Shown here: in pieces, positions 37,599 through 47,502 of the stretch | Numbering within the stretch: the stretch's first letter is position 1 | Layout: every line of letters starts with the position of its first letter | Origin: an uncultured bacterium | GTDB taxonomy: Bacteria > Actinomycetota > Acidimicrobiia > Spongiisociales > UBA5794 | DNA length: 64,000 nucleotides | Direction: 5' to 3' | Assembly: GCA_963801165.1 (NCBI GenBank) | Contig: CAWDDT010000007.1 | Coordinates: 192,001-256,000, forward strand | Position numbers and translations under genes: made by a program | The notes under the pieces: generated by a model | What the model was told of the DNA's origin: nothing | The model's database searches: none | What the model saw: the letters and a program-made list of their open reading frames with translations, nothing else

Positions 37599-38993
37599 TC
37601 AGGCCGGGTCGGGCGGTTGCCGGTATCTGCTGATCGCGAGTCGCTCGAGCGTGCTTCCCAGCTCCAACAGGCGATGCTCTCCCCACCGTGCGCCGATCAG
37701 CTGTATCGCGGGCGGCGGCGATCCCGGGCGATCGAGGGGGAGCACGAGAGCCGGAAGGCCCGTTTGGTTGACGAGGGACGAGAACCTGGAGAGTGGGGGA
37801 CGGTAGGGGACGAGCCTTCCGGCGACCTCGATGTCGTCGTCTCCGATGGGCTTGATCGTGGCTGCCACCGCAGGGGTAAGCAGGAAGTCGCATCGGGTGA
37901 GAGCCTCTTCCATGGAATGGCGAATGCCGGCTCGCCAGGCTTGCGCAGCGACGTAGGTGCGGGCGTCGATGGCGAATGCCTCGGACATGCGTTGGGCAAC
38001 CTCTGGCCCGTATGTCTCGGGTCGGGTTCGCCAGCGCTCGGAATGAACCAGGGCGATCTCGGGGTAGGCGATTTGCTCGATCTCGACGGCAGGGACGAGT
38101 CCGGGGAGGTCGAGGTCGACGATCCTGAAGCCGGCCGCGCCCAGGTCTGACCGCGCCGCGGCGAACGAGCTGGCAACGAACTCGGTCTTGGGGAGATCCA
38201 CCCAGGGGTGTGGGACCCCGATGACCGCGGTCTCCGGAGCGAGCGGGTCACCCGGGCTGATCACCGGCTGCGGGGCAGACCAGGGGTCGGAAGGGTCGTA
38301 CCCGGCGATGACTGTGTAGAGCAAGGCGGCATCGTTGGTGTTGCGGGCGATGGGGCCCACCGTGTCCAGACTCGGAGCCAGCGGGAACACCCCGGTGAGG
38401 GGGACGCGCCCGTGGGTCACCTTCAGGCCGACGACACCGCACAAGGCGGCCGGTACCCGCACCGAGCCTCCGGTGTCCGTTCCGAGGGCGGCCGCGGTCA
38501 TCCCGGCGCTCACCGCAGCGGCCGAGCCACCTGAGGAACCGCCGGGGGAGAGGCTTGGGTTCCAAGGGTTCCTGACTGGTCCGAACCAATGGTTCTCGCT
38601 CGAGAACCCGAAGGCATACTCGTGCAGCCCGGTCCGGCCGATGATGATCGCCCCGGCGTTTTCGAGCCGGGTGATGACAGGTGCACTCTCAACCGGGAGC
38701 GTTGTCGGGTAGCTGCTACCTGCCGTGTTGGGTCGGTGAGCCTGGTCGATGAGGTCCTTGATCGCGATCGGCACCCCGGCGAGGGCGCCGGCGTCCTCAC
38801 CGGCGGCGATACGACGATCGATAGCGGCGGCCGCAGCCCGGGCTCCTTCGTGGTCGATCAGCGTGAACGCGTTGATCCGCGGCTGGCTCGCCTCGGCACG
38901 CTCGAGATAGTCGCCCACGACATCCCCGGCGCGTACCGTCCCCGCGGTGACCGCCGCGGCGATGGCCGCTACCCCGCCGGGGAGTCCCGTCAT
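37599..38993 (-). CDS. Amidase signature family protein (GatA-like)
   Basis: GVPIAIKD, PGGSSGGSAAAV, LGTDTGGSVRVPAALCG. Confidence 0.92.
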   Translation of the reverse strand: MTGLPGGVAAIAAAVTAGTVRAGDVVGDYLERAEASQPRINAFTLIDHEGARAAAAAIDRRIAAGEDAGALAGVPIAIKDLIDQAHRPNTAGSSYPTTLPVESAPVITRLENAGAIIIGRTGLHEYAFGFSSENHWFGPVRNPWNPSLSPGGSSGGSAAAVSAGMTAAALGTDTGGSVRVPAALCGVVGLKVTHGRVPLTGVFPLAPSLDTVGPIARNTNDAALLYTVIAGYDPSDPWSAPQPVISPGDPLAPETAVIGVPHPWVDLPKTEFVASSFAAARSDLGAAGFRIVDLDLPGLVPAVEIEQIAYPEIALVHSERWRTRPETYGPEVAQRMSEAFAIDARTYVAAQAWRAGIRHSMEEALTRCDFLLTPAVAATIKPIGDDDIEVAGRLVPYRPPLSRFSSLVNQTGLPALVLPLDRPGSPPPAIQLIGARWGEHRLLELGSTLERLAISRYRQPPDPA

Positions 38994-40090
38994 TCCCAGG
39001 TGAGCGACTGGCCGGCAGGGAAGACATTTACCCACAGCCGGCCGGCCGGGATCACGATCGGAGTGCCGTCCTCCAGGCTCAGCTCGAATCGCTCGTCGAT
39101 GGTGTCCCGCTGCCACTTCCCGGTGACGACCTTGCCGGCGTAGAACACGTAGGCGTCGCCCTCGCCGACGGTGTTGGCCGCCGGGACTGCGGAGCCGGCG
39201 CCGCTGGAGGAACTCACATAGTGCTCGGGAGCCACGATCACCACCAGGGTGTCAGTCGAGATCTGTGTGTCGACCGGATCCTGGCCATCGACCGGAGCGC
39301 TCCTCCAGTTGTGGGGCGTGTCTCCGTTGAACCTGATGTACTCGGTGCCGGTCCATTTCCAATGAACTATCGGGTTATTCGACCAGTCGAGGTTGATCTG
39401 GTTCGCCCCGGTCTCGCCCGGTGTTGGTACGCCGAAGTCGAAGATCGGCTGTGCCGGCGGATCGTCGGGATAGCCACGCCGGTCGGCCTCGTCCCTCATC
39501 AGCAGGGTGGAACCGTACAGGTTGTGGGGGGCGCTCCGTGTATGGATCCGGAAAGTGGTGTTCCCGTTGTCGCCGAGCAGGTTGACGCCGTCGTTGAGGA
39601 TGATGTTGACCACCCACGGCTGCGCACCGGAGATCTGAAGGGGGGCGCCGAGGAACTTGACCAGTGTCGGGTCGGTGGGCCGTCCCGAGCGCACCGGGCC
39701 CAGGTATTCGGTATCGCTCTCCTGAAACATGGCGATGAACCTAGTGAGCCCGCCTTCGACGAGTAGCTCGTAGACGGCGTCGGCCTGCTCGATACCGGAC
39801 TGAGGCCGGGCGTCTGGATGGTTGTCGATCTTGATCGCGACAACGCGCCGGTCGAGCAGCGACGGGTCGGCAACGCCCATCCCATTGAGCAACGAGGGTG
39901 TCAGCAGCTCAGTGGTTGTCGTCGCAACCGTGGTCGTCGTTGTGGCTGTTGTCGATATCCCACCGTCGGTTGTGGAAACCGGGGCGAGTGTTGTCAGCGC
40001 TTCTGTTGTTGTGGTCGCATCGTCGCCACCGCACGATGCAGCTACAACTGCAAGGACGGTCATGAGGACGAGGATTTTTAGGGTTTTCAC
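38990..40090 (-). CDS. DUF3048 (YerB-like) lipoprotein
   Basis: GTG start, lipobox VAASC, Thr-rich linker, AIKIDNHPDARPQSG, VEGGLTRF, GPVRSGRP, APHNLY. Confidence 0.88.
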   Translation of the reverse strand: MKTLKILVLMTVLAVVAASCGGDDATTTTEALTTLAPVSTTDGGISTTATTTTTVATTTTELLTPSLLNGMGVADPSLLDRRVVAIKIDNHPDARPQSGIEQADAVYELLVEGGLTRFIAMFQESDTEYLGPVRSGRPTDPTLVKFLGAPLQISGAQPWVVNIILNDGVNLLGDNGNTTFRIHTRSAPHNLYGSTLLMRDEADRRGYPDDPPAQPIFDFGVPTPGETGANQINLDWSNNPIVHWKWTGTEYIRFNGDTPHNWRSAPVDGQDPVDTQISTDTLVVIVAPEHYVSSSSGAGSAVPAANTVGEGDAYVFYAGKVVTGKWQRDTIDERFELSLEDGTPIVIPAGRLWVNVFPAGQSLTWE

Positions 40091-40154
40091 GATCCGGGGA
40101 GTGTATACCCGACCCGGGAACAAAGAACATTGCCGCGGCTGGTACCGTCCCGGT

Positions 40155-40844
40155 ATGAAGGACGTTGCCGCGTTTGCCACCACCGAGCTGGCGAAACGGG
40201 CCGATCCGGAGAAGGCGGTCGGGATGGCCGCCTACATGAAGACCGACATGCCTTTTTACGGGGTGCAGAAGAAGGCGCGGACCGAAGTACTGCGTGCTCT
40301 GAAGAAGAGGTTCCCAATCGCCGACAACGACACTTACCGGTCGATGGTCGAGACGCTATGGCGTCGACCGCACCGGGAGGAGAAGTACCTGGCGATCGCG
40401 CTGGCCAAGGGTGACCCGAGGTTTGTCACGGTCGCCAACATCGATCTGTACGAGAGGCTGATCGTCGAGGGTGCCTGGTGGGACTTCGTCGACGATGTCG
40501 CGGTCAACTGTGTCGGTCTGGTGCACCGCACCGAGCGCACCACAATGGAGCCGGTCATCGAAGAGTGGGTCGACCATGAGTTCATGTGGCTGCGGCGCAC
40601 CGCTCTCATCTCGCCGCTCAAGCACAAGGCCGAGACCGACTACGAGACCCTCTTCGACCACTGTCGGCGCCGGGCTCACGAGAAGGAATTCTTCATCAGG
40701 AAAGCCATCGGTTGGATCTTGCGCGAGTACGCCAAGACGGAACCGCAGCGGGTCCGTGAGTTCCTGATGGAACACCGCGCCGTCTGGTCGGGGTTGACCT
40801 TTCGCGAGGCATCCAAGCATCTCGACCTGGCAGGCATATCATGA
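40155..40844 (+). CDS. DNA alkylation repair protein (AlkD-like HEAT-repeat glycosylase)
   Basis: MAAYMK...FYGV, REEKYLA, WWDFVD, WLRRTA, EFFIRKAIGWILREY. Confidence 0.9.
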   Translation: MKDVAAFATTELAKRADPEKAVGMAAYMKTDMPFYGVQKKARTEVLRALKKRFPIADNDTYRSMVETLWRRPHREEKYLAIALAKGDPRFVTVANIDLYERLIVEGAWWDFVDDVAVNCVGLVHRTERTTMEPVIEEWVDHEFMWLRRTALISPLKHKAETDYETLFDHCRRRAHEKEFFIRKAIGWILREYAKTEPQRVREFLMEHRAVWSGLTFREASKHLDLAGIS

Positions 40845-41455
40845 CACCGATGGATCAACGTGAAATGTGGAACGATCGATACCGGCAGCGTGGCTCGGTC
40901 TGGGGCGCGGCACCGAACCAGTTTGTTGCCGCCTATTTGGCGGATCTCGAGCCTTGCCGGATTCTCGACGTGGGTGCGGGTCAGGGGAGAAACGCCATCT
41001 GGCTGGCAGGACGGGGGCATCGCGTGACCGCGGTCGACATCTCCGATGTCGCCGTCGCGCAGGGGCGCGAGCTGGCGCGGGACGCCGGTGTCGACGTGGA
41101 GTTCATCGCTGCCGACCTGGCGCACTGGGACCCCGAACCAGCGGCGTTCGACCTGGTACTCCTCGCCTACATACAGGCGCCCGAGGAAGCCCGCCGGGTG
41201 ATTCATGAGAAGGCGACGAAGGCACTCGTGCCGGGTGGTCGCGTGTTCATCATCGCCCATCACCTCGACAACCTGGAGCACGGCGTCGGCGGGCCGCAGT
41301 CCCCGGAGCGGCTCTACGACGAGGATAAGGTCGCGGGCGACTTCGCGGGTTTCGAGGTCGAGGACAACAAGACAGTGACGCGGCCCGTAGACAAGGACGG
41401 CGTCACCGGCGACGCCATTGATCTTCTGTTCCGCGCCGTCAAGCCCAGCCCATGA
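40841..41455 (+). CDS. Class I SAM-dependent methyltransferase
   Basis: WNDRY, LDVGAGQGRNAIWLA, TAVDIS. Confidence 0.9.
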   Translation: MTPMDQREMWNDRYRQRGSVWGAAPNQFVAAYLADLEPCRILDVGAGQGRNAIWLAGRGHRVTAVDISDVAVAQGRELARDAGVDVEFIAADLAHWDPEPAAFDLVLLAYIQAPEEARRVIHEKATKALVPGGRVFIIAHHLDNLEHGVGGPQSPERLYDEDKVAGDFAGFEVEDNKTVTRPVDKDGVTGDAIDLLFRAVKPSP

Positions 41456-41936
41456 TGCGGCCTGCGGTTCGCAGGGGCCAGTAGCGGGCGACCACTCGCC
41501 ATCGGATCGAATCGAGGGGAATCGGTCCCAATATCCGACTGTCGCCGGCAGATACCGCACGGTTGTCGCCGAGCACGAATACCTCGTCCGGCCCGAGGTG
41601 CCAATCGCCGTCGGGGAGCGTTGGACCGTCGGCCCAGCGCTCCGCCAGAACGGCACCATTCACGTGCACCTGTCCGTTGTGGACAACAACCGACTCGCCC
41701 GGCATACCGACGACACGTTTCACCAGGTCGAAGTCCCGGGTCCCGGGTGGAGCGAAGACGACCACGGTGCCCCGAGTGAGATCCCGTACGGGGCGGGCGA
41801 TCACGAAATCGCCCGGCTCGAGCACCGGTTCCATGGATCGCTCCACGATCTCGTAGCGGCGCACCCTCCCGCGCAGAGTGAGGTAGCCGACCGCGGCCGC
41901 AACCAGGCCGATCCCGAAGGCTCTTCGGTTTCTCAT
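41439..41936 (-). CDS. sodX: S26 peptidase, probable nickel-SOD maturation protease
   Basis: SMEPVL (catalytic Ser), LVKRV (Lys), LGDN...GDSR. Divergent from sodN. Confidence 0.8.
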   Translation of the reverse strand: MRNRRAFGIGLVAAAVGYLTLRGRVRRYEIVERSMEPVLEPGDFVIARPVRDLTRGTVVVFAPPGTRDFDLVKRVVGMPGESVVVHNGQVHVNGAVLAERWADGPTLPDGDWHLGPDEVFVLGDNRAVSAGDSRILGPIPLDSIRWRVVARYWPLRTAGRIMGWA

Positions 41937-42025
41937 TGGCTCCCTCATCTGGCGTGCGTTCTCTTGCGGTTCGATTCCAGTGTATGGTCGCGGTAAGGAA
42001 TGACAAGCACCTGAGGAGGTGACCT

Positions 42026-42442
42026 GTGGGACTTTTCCGACCCGGTCGGGTGGCTCACGCACACTGCGATCTCTTCTGTGGGGTCTATGACCCGGCGCAG
42101 GCGATGATCGAAGCCAAGTCGGTACTCAATTGTTGCACCAAATACCACGCTTCGGATGACGAGGTGTTCCGCACCCGGTGCATCATCGTCAAGGAAGAGC
42201 GGGCCGAGCTGGCCAAGCATCACCTCGACGTGCTGTGGACCGACTTCTTCAAGCCGCCGCACCTCGAGCAGTTTCCCAACCTCCACGACCTCTTCTGGCG
42301 GGCCACCAAGGCAGCAGGCGACGCCAAGAAGTCGATGGATCCGGCGGTTGCCCAGGGGCTGATCGACCTGATCCAGGAGATCTCGGACATCTTCTGGCAA
42401 ACCGAAGCCTCGAAGACAGCGGGCGTTTACCCGCCGAAGTAA
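42026..42442 (+). CDS. sodN: Nickel superoxide dismutase precursor
   Basis: RBS GAGGAGG, 12-aa propeptide, Ni-hook HCDLFCGVYDP, KHHLDVLWTDFFKPPH. Confidence 0.95.
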   Translation: MGLFRPGRVAHAHCDLFCGVYDPAQAMIEAKSVLNCCTKYHASDDEVFRTRCIIVKEERAELAKHHLDVLWTDFFKPPHLEQFPNLHDLFWRATKAAGDAKKSMDPAVAQGLIDLIQEISDIFWQTEASKTAGVYPPK

Positions 42443-42467
42443 CGGATACCTACCCTCGACAAACAAA

Positions 42468-42494
42468 ACTGGCTCCCGCGTAGCGGGAGCCAGT
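42468..42494. terminator. Probable bidirectional intrinsic terminator between convergent sodN and xylG
   Basis: 12-bp stem ACTGGCTCCCGC-gta-GCGGGAGCCAGT, with an A-rich 5' flank and a T-rich 3' flank. Confidence 0.75.
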
Positions 42495-42544
42495 CGTTGT
42501 TCCACGGCCTTGCGCAGGAGGCTGGCTATGCCACTTCCAAACGC

Positions 42545-43351
42545 TCAGTCGCGTTGGCGCTCAAACTCGGCCGCGGCCGCCTCGCTGTGGCCCTTGCCCA
42601 TGATGATCATCGCCAGAACCTGATCCTTGGTGACGTCGGCCTTGTTGACGATGCCGACAAGCTGGCCGGTGGCCATCACGCTGATCCGATCCGCCAGGTC
42701 GAACACGTCGTGGATGTCATGGCTGATGAGGAAGATCCCGATACCCTCCTCCTTGAGCTGCTTGACCAGTTCACCAACCTGAGCCGTTTCCGCCGGTCCC
42801 AGCGCCGCGGTCGGTTCGTCCATGATGAGGATCCGGGCGTTGAAGTGCACGGCCTTGGCGATAGCCACCGACTGCCGCTGCCCACCGGATAGCGACTGCA
42901 CAGGCACCTTGAAGTTGGTGAACTTGGGGTTGAGGCGTCCCATCACCCTTCGGGTGGCGTCCTCCATGGCGGAGTAGTCGAGCGTTTTCCAGCGTGTGAT
43001 CAGCTCGCGGCCCAGGAACATGTTGCCGGGTGCATCGATGTTCTCGGCGAGAGCCAGGGTCTGATAGATCGTCTCGATGCCGAGTGCCTTGGCGTCGCGC
43101 GGGCTGGTGATGTGTACCTCGCTCCCGTTGATGAAGATCTCACCCGAGTCGGCCCGGTGGGCCCCGGAGAGAGTCTTGATCAGCGTGGTTTTTCCCGCCC
43201 CGTTGCCACCAACCAGCGCGACCACCTCGCCGGGATAGAGGTCGACAGTCACGTTGTCGACGGCGTGGACGCCACCGAAAGCGACCCGAATGTTGCGCAA
43301 CTCGACGAGAGGCGTTGTCGTGTTTGCGGGGGCCGTTGCCGGTGCGCTCAT
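42545..43351 (-). CDS. xylG: Sugar ABC transporter ATP-binding protein (xylose-type)
   Basis: [28 protein letters not shown]. Confidence 0.85.
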   Translation of the reverse strand: MSAPATAPANTTTPLVELRNIRVAFGGVHAVDNVTVDLYPGEVVALVGGNGAGKTTLIKTLSGAHRADSGEIFINGSEVHITSPRDAKALGIETIYQTLALAENIDAPGNMFLGRELITRWKTLDYSAMEDATRRVMGRLNPKFTNFKVPVQSLSGGQRQSVAIAKAVHFNARILIMDEPTAALGPAETAQVGELVKQLKEEGIGIFLISHDIHDVFDLADRISVMATGQLVGIVNKADVTKDQVLAMIIMGKGHSEAAAAEFERQRD

Positions 43352-44676
43352 GTCGTCACCCTCTTTCTGTACATCGTATCCAGCCCGACGGCGATGACGA
43401 GCACGACACCTACGACGATGTTCTGGATTGCGGTATCGATCCGCATCAGCACCATGCCGGATTGGAGCGACTGCATGACGAGTGCTCCCAGCACGGCGCC
43501 CTGGACGGTTCCGATACCGCCGGTGAATGAGGTGCCGCCGATAACGGCGGCCGCGATCACATACAACTCTGCGAGCGTTCCCAGGCCGCTGGTAGCCGCG
43601 TTGAGCCGGGCGATCTGTACCGCGGCGGCAATAGCCACCAGGATGCCCATCGTCATGAAGACCTTTACGGTCATCCAGCGGACGTTGATACCACCGAGCT
43701 CGGCCGCCTCGGGGTTGCCGCCGATGGCGAAGACGTACCGTCCGAATCTGGTCCGGGTGGCGAGGAAGATCATCGCGAGCGCCACCGCGAGGGTGATCAG
43801 CACCGGGTAGGCAAGGCCATAGGCAACGTCGGTGCGACCGTTGGCCAGCGTAGGCGGTTTGTTGTAGCTATTGAGGACGTAGACGGCGACGAGGATCGTG
43901 CCGCAGCCGACTACACCGAGGAACACCTCGGCCCAGATGGCACGCAGCGGGAAACCGAAGCGGCGCCTTTGCCGTCTCTGGTTGAGCAGCATCGCAACCA
44001 CCCCGACGCAAGCGACGACCGCAACTACCCAGCTCAAGCCCGGGCCGAGCGAGCCACGAGATCCGCCTCCGAGGAGCTGAAAGGTGCTGTCCATAGGGGC
44101 GATTGTCTTCCCGCTGGCCATCGACAAGGCGACGCCACGCCACACCAGCAAACCGCCGAGCGTGACAATGAAAGACGGCACCCCGGCGTACGCGATGATC
44201 GCTCCCTGGAAACCGCCGATGATGGCGCCCAGGATGATGCCGACGGCGAGCACGATTATCCAGGTCGCCCAGTGATCGAAGCCCAGATGCTTGGGAAGGA
44301 ACTCGGCCTGGAGGATGGCCATGGCCATTCCTATCATGCCGAGCATCGAGCCCACGGAGAGGTCGATGTGACGCGCGACGATGACCAACACCATCGCAGT
44401 GGCCATGATTGCGACCACTGACGTCTGGACCGAGAGGTTCCACAGGTTGCGTGCCGTGAGGAACGTCCCGTCGGAGAAAATGTTGAAGATGACCCAGATC
44501 ACTACGAGGGCTCCGACCATGCCCAATAGGCGGGTGTCGATCTCGGTGGCCCGTAACAGCCTCGCCAACAGTTGGTACACGTCGCGCAGTAGCCGGACAA
44601 TGAGGTTGCTATCGCCTGGCGGGGACTGTGCCGTCTCTTTGTCCGGCGGAGCCTTGGCCACCTGTGTATCACTCAC
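43348..44676 (-). CDS. xylH: Sugar ABC transporter permease (xylose-type)
   Basis: [53 protein letters not shown]. Confidence 0.85.
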   Translation of the reverse strand: MSDTQVAKAPPDKETAQSPPGDSNLIVRLLRDVYQLLARLLRATEIDTRLLGMVGALVVIWVIFNIFSDGTFLTARNLWNLSVQTSVVAIMATAMVLVIVARHIDLSVGSMLGMIGMAMAILQAEFLPKHLGFDHWATWIIVLAVGIILGAIIGGFQGAIIAYAGVPSFIVTLGGLLVWRGVALSMASGKTIAPMDSTFQLLGGGSRGSLGPGLSWVVAVVACVGVVAMLLNQRRQRRRFGFPLRAIWAEVFLGVVGCGTILVAVYVLNSYNKPPTLANGRTDVAYGLAYPVLITLAVALAMIFLATRTRFGRYVFAIGGNPEAAELGGINVRWMTVKVFMTMGILVAIAAAVQIARLNAATSGLGTLAELYVIAAAVIGGTSFTGGIGTVQGAVLGALVMQSLQSGMVLMRIDTAIQNIVVGVVLVIAVGLDTMYRKRVTT

Positions 44677-44715
44677 CGAGATCCTCCTCTTGTCTCTTTG
44701 ATGATATAGACGCGC

Positions 44716-44746
44716 GCCGCGCCCTCGTGGAAAACGAGGGCGCGGC
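44716..44746. promoter_or_regulatory. Intergenic stem-loop after the substrate-binding protein gene (mRNA stabiliser or partial terminator)
   Basis: 13-bp perfect stem GCCGCGCCCTCGT-ggaaa-ACGAGGGCGCGGC between xylF and xylH. Confidence 0.6.
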
Positions 44747-44779
44747 AGTCGCGGTTCATTCGGTGTCTATCGGCTCAGT

Positions 44780-45919
44780 TCAACCGCAAACGGTCACGGT
44801 CCCGGCTGGGACGTTCTGGCAGACAGCGTCCTTGGTGATCCACCCCGCGTCGATGACGACGTTCAGGTTGTCCTGCGTGATCGGGATCGGGGTGAGGATG
44901 ATCGACCAGACGTCGACCCCACCCGGCGTGGTGAAGTTCATAGCGTCGAGGCTGGCTGGCGCTGAATCGCCCATGTCGGCCGGAGCCTTGACGTCCTGGA
45001 GCGCCGTGCCCTGGGCGAGCTGTACGGCGATGCTGCCGGCAGCCTTTCCGAGCTCGTATGCGTTCTTCCACACCGACACCGCCTGGGTGCCGAGGGCAAC
45101 CCGGTTCAACGCCGCGGCGTCACCGTCCTGCCCGGAGACCGGCACGGAGCCGGCGAGCCCCTGCGCTTCGAGCGCTGCGACCACGCCGCTGGCCATGCCG
45201 TCGTTCTCGGAGAGAACTGCATCGATCTTGTTGTTCTCCTGGGTCAGGAACTGCTCCATCTCGGTCTGCGCCTTGCCCGGATCCCAGTTGTCTGTGTAGG
45301 TCTCACAGCAGATGGTGATGTCGCCCGCCGTAACGGCGTCACCGATGACGTCGTCGTAGCCGGAGCGCAGGAAGTCGGCATTGGCGTCGGCCTGGTTGCC
45401 CTTGATCACGGCGTAAACACCGGATGGCACGAGCGAGAAGATCGCTCTGGCCTCGGCCCGGCCCACCTCGACGTTGTCGAACGTGAGATAGAACGCCCCG
45501 GAGTCCTCGATCAGACGGTCATATGCCACGACCGGTACACCCTGGTCGAGAGCGCTCTGCACGGCCGGCTTGATGGCCGTACCGTCCTGGGCGAGGATGA
45601 TGATCGCATTCGCACCCTGGGTGATGAGCTGCTCTACGTCGGTGATCTGCTTGTCTGCCGACGACGCGGCATCGGTCGAGATGTAGGTACCTCCGGCAGC
45701 CTCAATGGCCGCCTTCATGGCAGGCTCGTCGGCCTTGGCCCAACGCTCCTCGTTGTAGTTGTTCCAGGAGACGCCAACGGTAAGAGCGGCGCCTGGTGCG
45801 GCCGTAGTGGTCTCGGCTGCTCCTGAAGTTGTAGTAGTGGTGCTGCTGTCGTCACCGCCGCACGCTGCTGCGAGCAGCGCGAGCACGGCAAAAAAAGCGG
45901 CTAGCTTTCGTATGGACAC
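44780..45919 (-). CDS. xylF: Sugar ABC transporter substrate-binding lipoprotein (xylose-type)
   Basis: Lipobox LAAAC, EERWAKD, VVAYDRLI, FDNVEVG, ENDGMA, VSGQDGD. Confidence 0.85.
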   Translation of the reverse strand: MSIRKLAAFFAVLALLAAACGGDDSSTTTTTSGAAETTTAAPGAALTVGVSWNNYNEERWAKADEPAMKAAIEAAGGTYISTDAASSADKQITDVEQLITQGANAIIILAQDGTAIKPAVQSALDQGVPVVAYDRLIEDSGAFYLTFDNVEVGRAEARAIFSLVPSGVYAVIKGNQADANADFLRSGYDDVIGDAVTAGDITICCETYTDNWDPGKAQTEMEQFLTQENNKIDAVLSENDGMASGVVAALEAQGLAGSVPVSGQDGDAAALNRVALGTQAVSVWKNAYELGKAAGSIAVQLAQGTALQDVKAPADMGDSAPASLDAMNFTTPGGVDVWSIILTPIPITQDNLNVVIDAGWITKDAVCQNVPAGTVTVCG

Positions 45920-46033
45920 TAGTTCCTCCTCATGAAGTGTGGCCCGGGATCCGGGCCTTTCACCCCGTCAGCTAATTGCTTAGCCCATATAGTCACGGGC
46001 GGTAGCCCGTACCTGTCAGAGCATACGATACAA

Positions 46034-46052
46034 TTGTTTGACATTGCAACAA
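46034..46052. promoter_or_regulatory. Putative ROK repressor operator overlapping the xylF promoter
   Basis: TTGTT-N9-AACAA dyad in the divergent xylF/ROK spacer. A minus-strand TTGCAA-N18-TATGCT promoter-like sequence overlaps it. Confidence 0.55.
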
Positions 46053-46223
46053 AACCAGACGACCCGAACCGCGAATTGCGTGACTATCGCCAGACGCCGG
46101 GATTGCTTTGGCTTTGGGCATAAAGGTCACTGACAATGGCCCGTTCTCGTGATGGCTCGCCAGCCGCTGCTAACGTCGATGACCTCTTTATAGCGGGAAA
46201 TCCAACAAAAGTGAGGTGGAGCG

Positions 46224-47474
46224 TTGTCCGTGGCCAAGGTGTCCGGTGCGTCGCGACGGGCACGCGGGATCGCCGCAGAGGAGATGCGCCGCCACAATCT
46301 GGCGACCGTCCTCGGTCACGTCCATCTCAGCGGGTCGGCATCGCGTTCCCGGCTCACCGCGTTGACCGGGCTCAATCGCTCGACCGTCGCCGACCTCATC
46401 GGTGAGCTCACTGACCTGGGGCTCGTGACCGAGAGTCCCGGTGTAGCCGTCGCCGGTCCTGGTCGGCCTTCCCCGGTGGTCAACATCCGCCCCGAGGGCG
46501 CTGTGGTGCTCGCCGTCGAGATATCCGTCGACTCGATCGCCGCGGCGACTATCGGGCTCGGCGGGCATATGTTCAACCACGTCCGCATCGCCCGACCACG
46601 CGGCCACTTCGAGCCGGAGACGAGCGTTCGCGATATCACGGAATTAGCGAGACCGCTCCTTGCTGCGCTTCCTGCCGACCACACTCTCGCCGCCGTCGGT
46701 GTGGCAGTCGTTGGAGTGGTGAGGCGGGCCGACGGTTTCCTCCACATCGCCCCCAATCTCGGATGGCGCAACTTGCCTCTGGGTGCCCTCCTCGAGGCCG
46801 AGCTGGGCATGGACGTCCCGATCCGAATCGCCAACGACGCCGATCTGGGAGCCCTCGGCGAATACCGGCGCGGTGGCTACGGCGGGACGTCGCACCTCGT
46901 GTACATCTCCGGCGAGGTCGGGATCGGGTGTGGGTTCATCAGCGACGGCAAGCCGCTGCTCGGTGCCGCAGGCTACGCCGGAGAGGCAGGTCACATGATG
47001 GTGAACCCCGCCGGGCACCCGTGCCGGTGCGGTGCCACCGGGTGCTGGGAGACCGAGGCGGGGGAGGACGCCTTGCTCCGGCGGGTTCCCTCAGTTACGG
47101 CCACGACCGGGCTCGCTGCAGTCGAGGCCGTTCACGCGCTTGCCGTCTCGGGTGATGCTGAGACCCTGGACGCAATCGCCGAGACCGGCCGGTGGCTCGG
47201 GATAGGGATCGCCAACCTCATCAACGTGTTCAACCCCGAGGTGGTCATTCTCGGCGGCTTATACCACCGGCTCTTCGAGTACCTGCATGCCTCGATTATC
47301 GAGGGTCTGGGCCGGGCGATGCGAGCGCCATCGGAAATGGTCGACATACGCCGGAGCACGCTCGGCGCCAACGGCGGGCTGATGGGTGCAGCCGAGCTGG
47401 CGCTGGCGGATCTGATCAACGATCCGGCGAGGGTTGCCGCGGGCCTGGCGGTGGGTGCCGGAACCGGGGCGTGA
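46224..47474 (+). CDS. ROK-family transcriptional repressor (XylR-like)
   Basis: N-terminal HTH (SRSRLTALTGLNRSTV), GPGRPS, NDAD, AGEAGH, CRCGATGCWE. Confidence 0.92.
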   Translation: MSVAKVSGASRRARGIAAEEMRRHNLATVLGHVHLSGSASRSRLTALTGLNRSTVADLIGELTDLGLVTESPGVAVAGPGRPSPVVNIRPEGAVVLAVEISVDSIAAATIGLGGHMFNHVRIARPRGHFEPETSVRDITELARPLLAALPADHTLAAVGVAVVGVVRRADGFLHIAPNLGWRNLPLGALLEAELGMDVPIRIANDADLGALGEYRRGGYGGTSHLVYISGEVGIGCGFISDGKPLLGAAGYAGEAGHMMVNPAGHPCRCGATGCWETEAGEDALLRRVPSVTATTGLAAVEAVHALAVSGDAETLDAIAETGRWLGIGIANLINVFNPEVVILGGLYHRLFEYLHASIIEGLGRAMRAPSEMVDIRRSTLGANGGLMGAAELALADLINDPARVAAGLAVGAGTGA

Positions 47475-47502
47475 ACCACACGGTCGCCGGGCGCCCGGTC
47501 TA

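Noticed and set aside
45963-45976. CCCGTCAGCTAA resembling the 3' end of the c-di-AMP (ydaO) riboswitch
   Set aside because: The remaining consensus elements are missing and the orientation is antisense to xylF.
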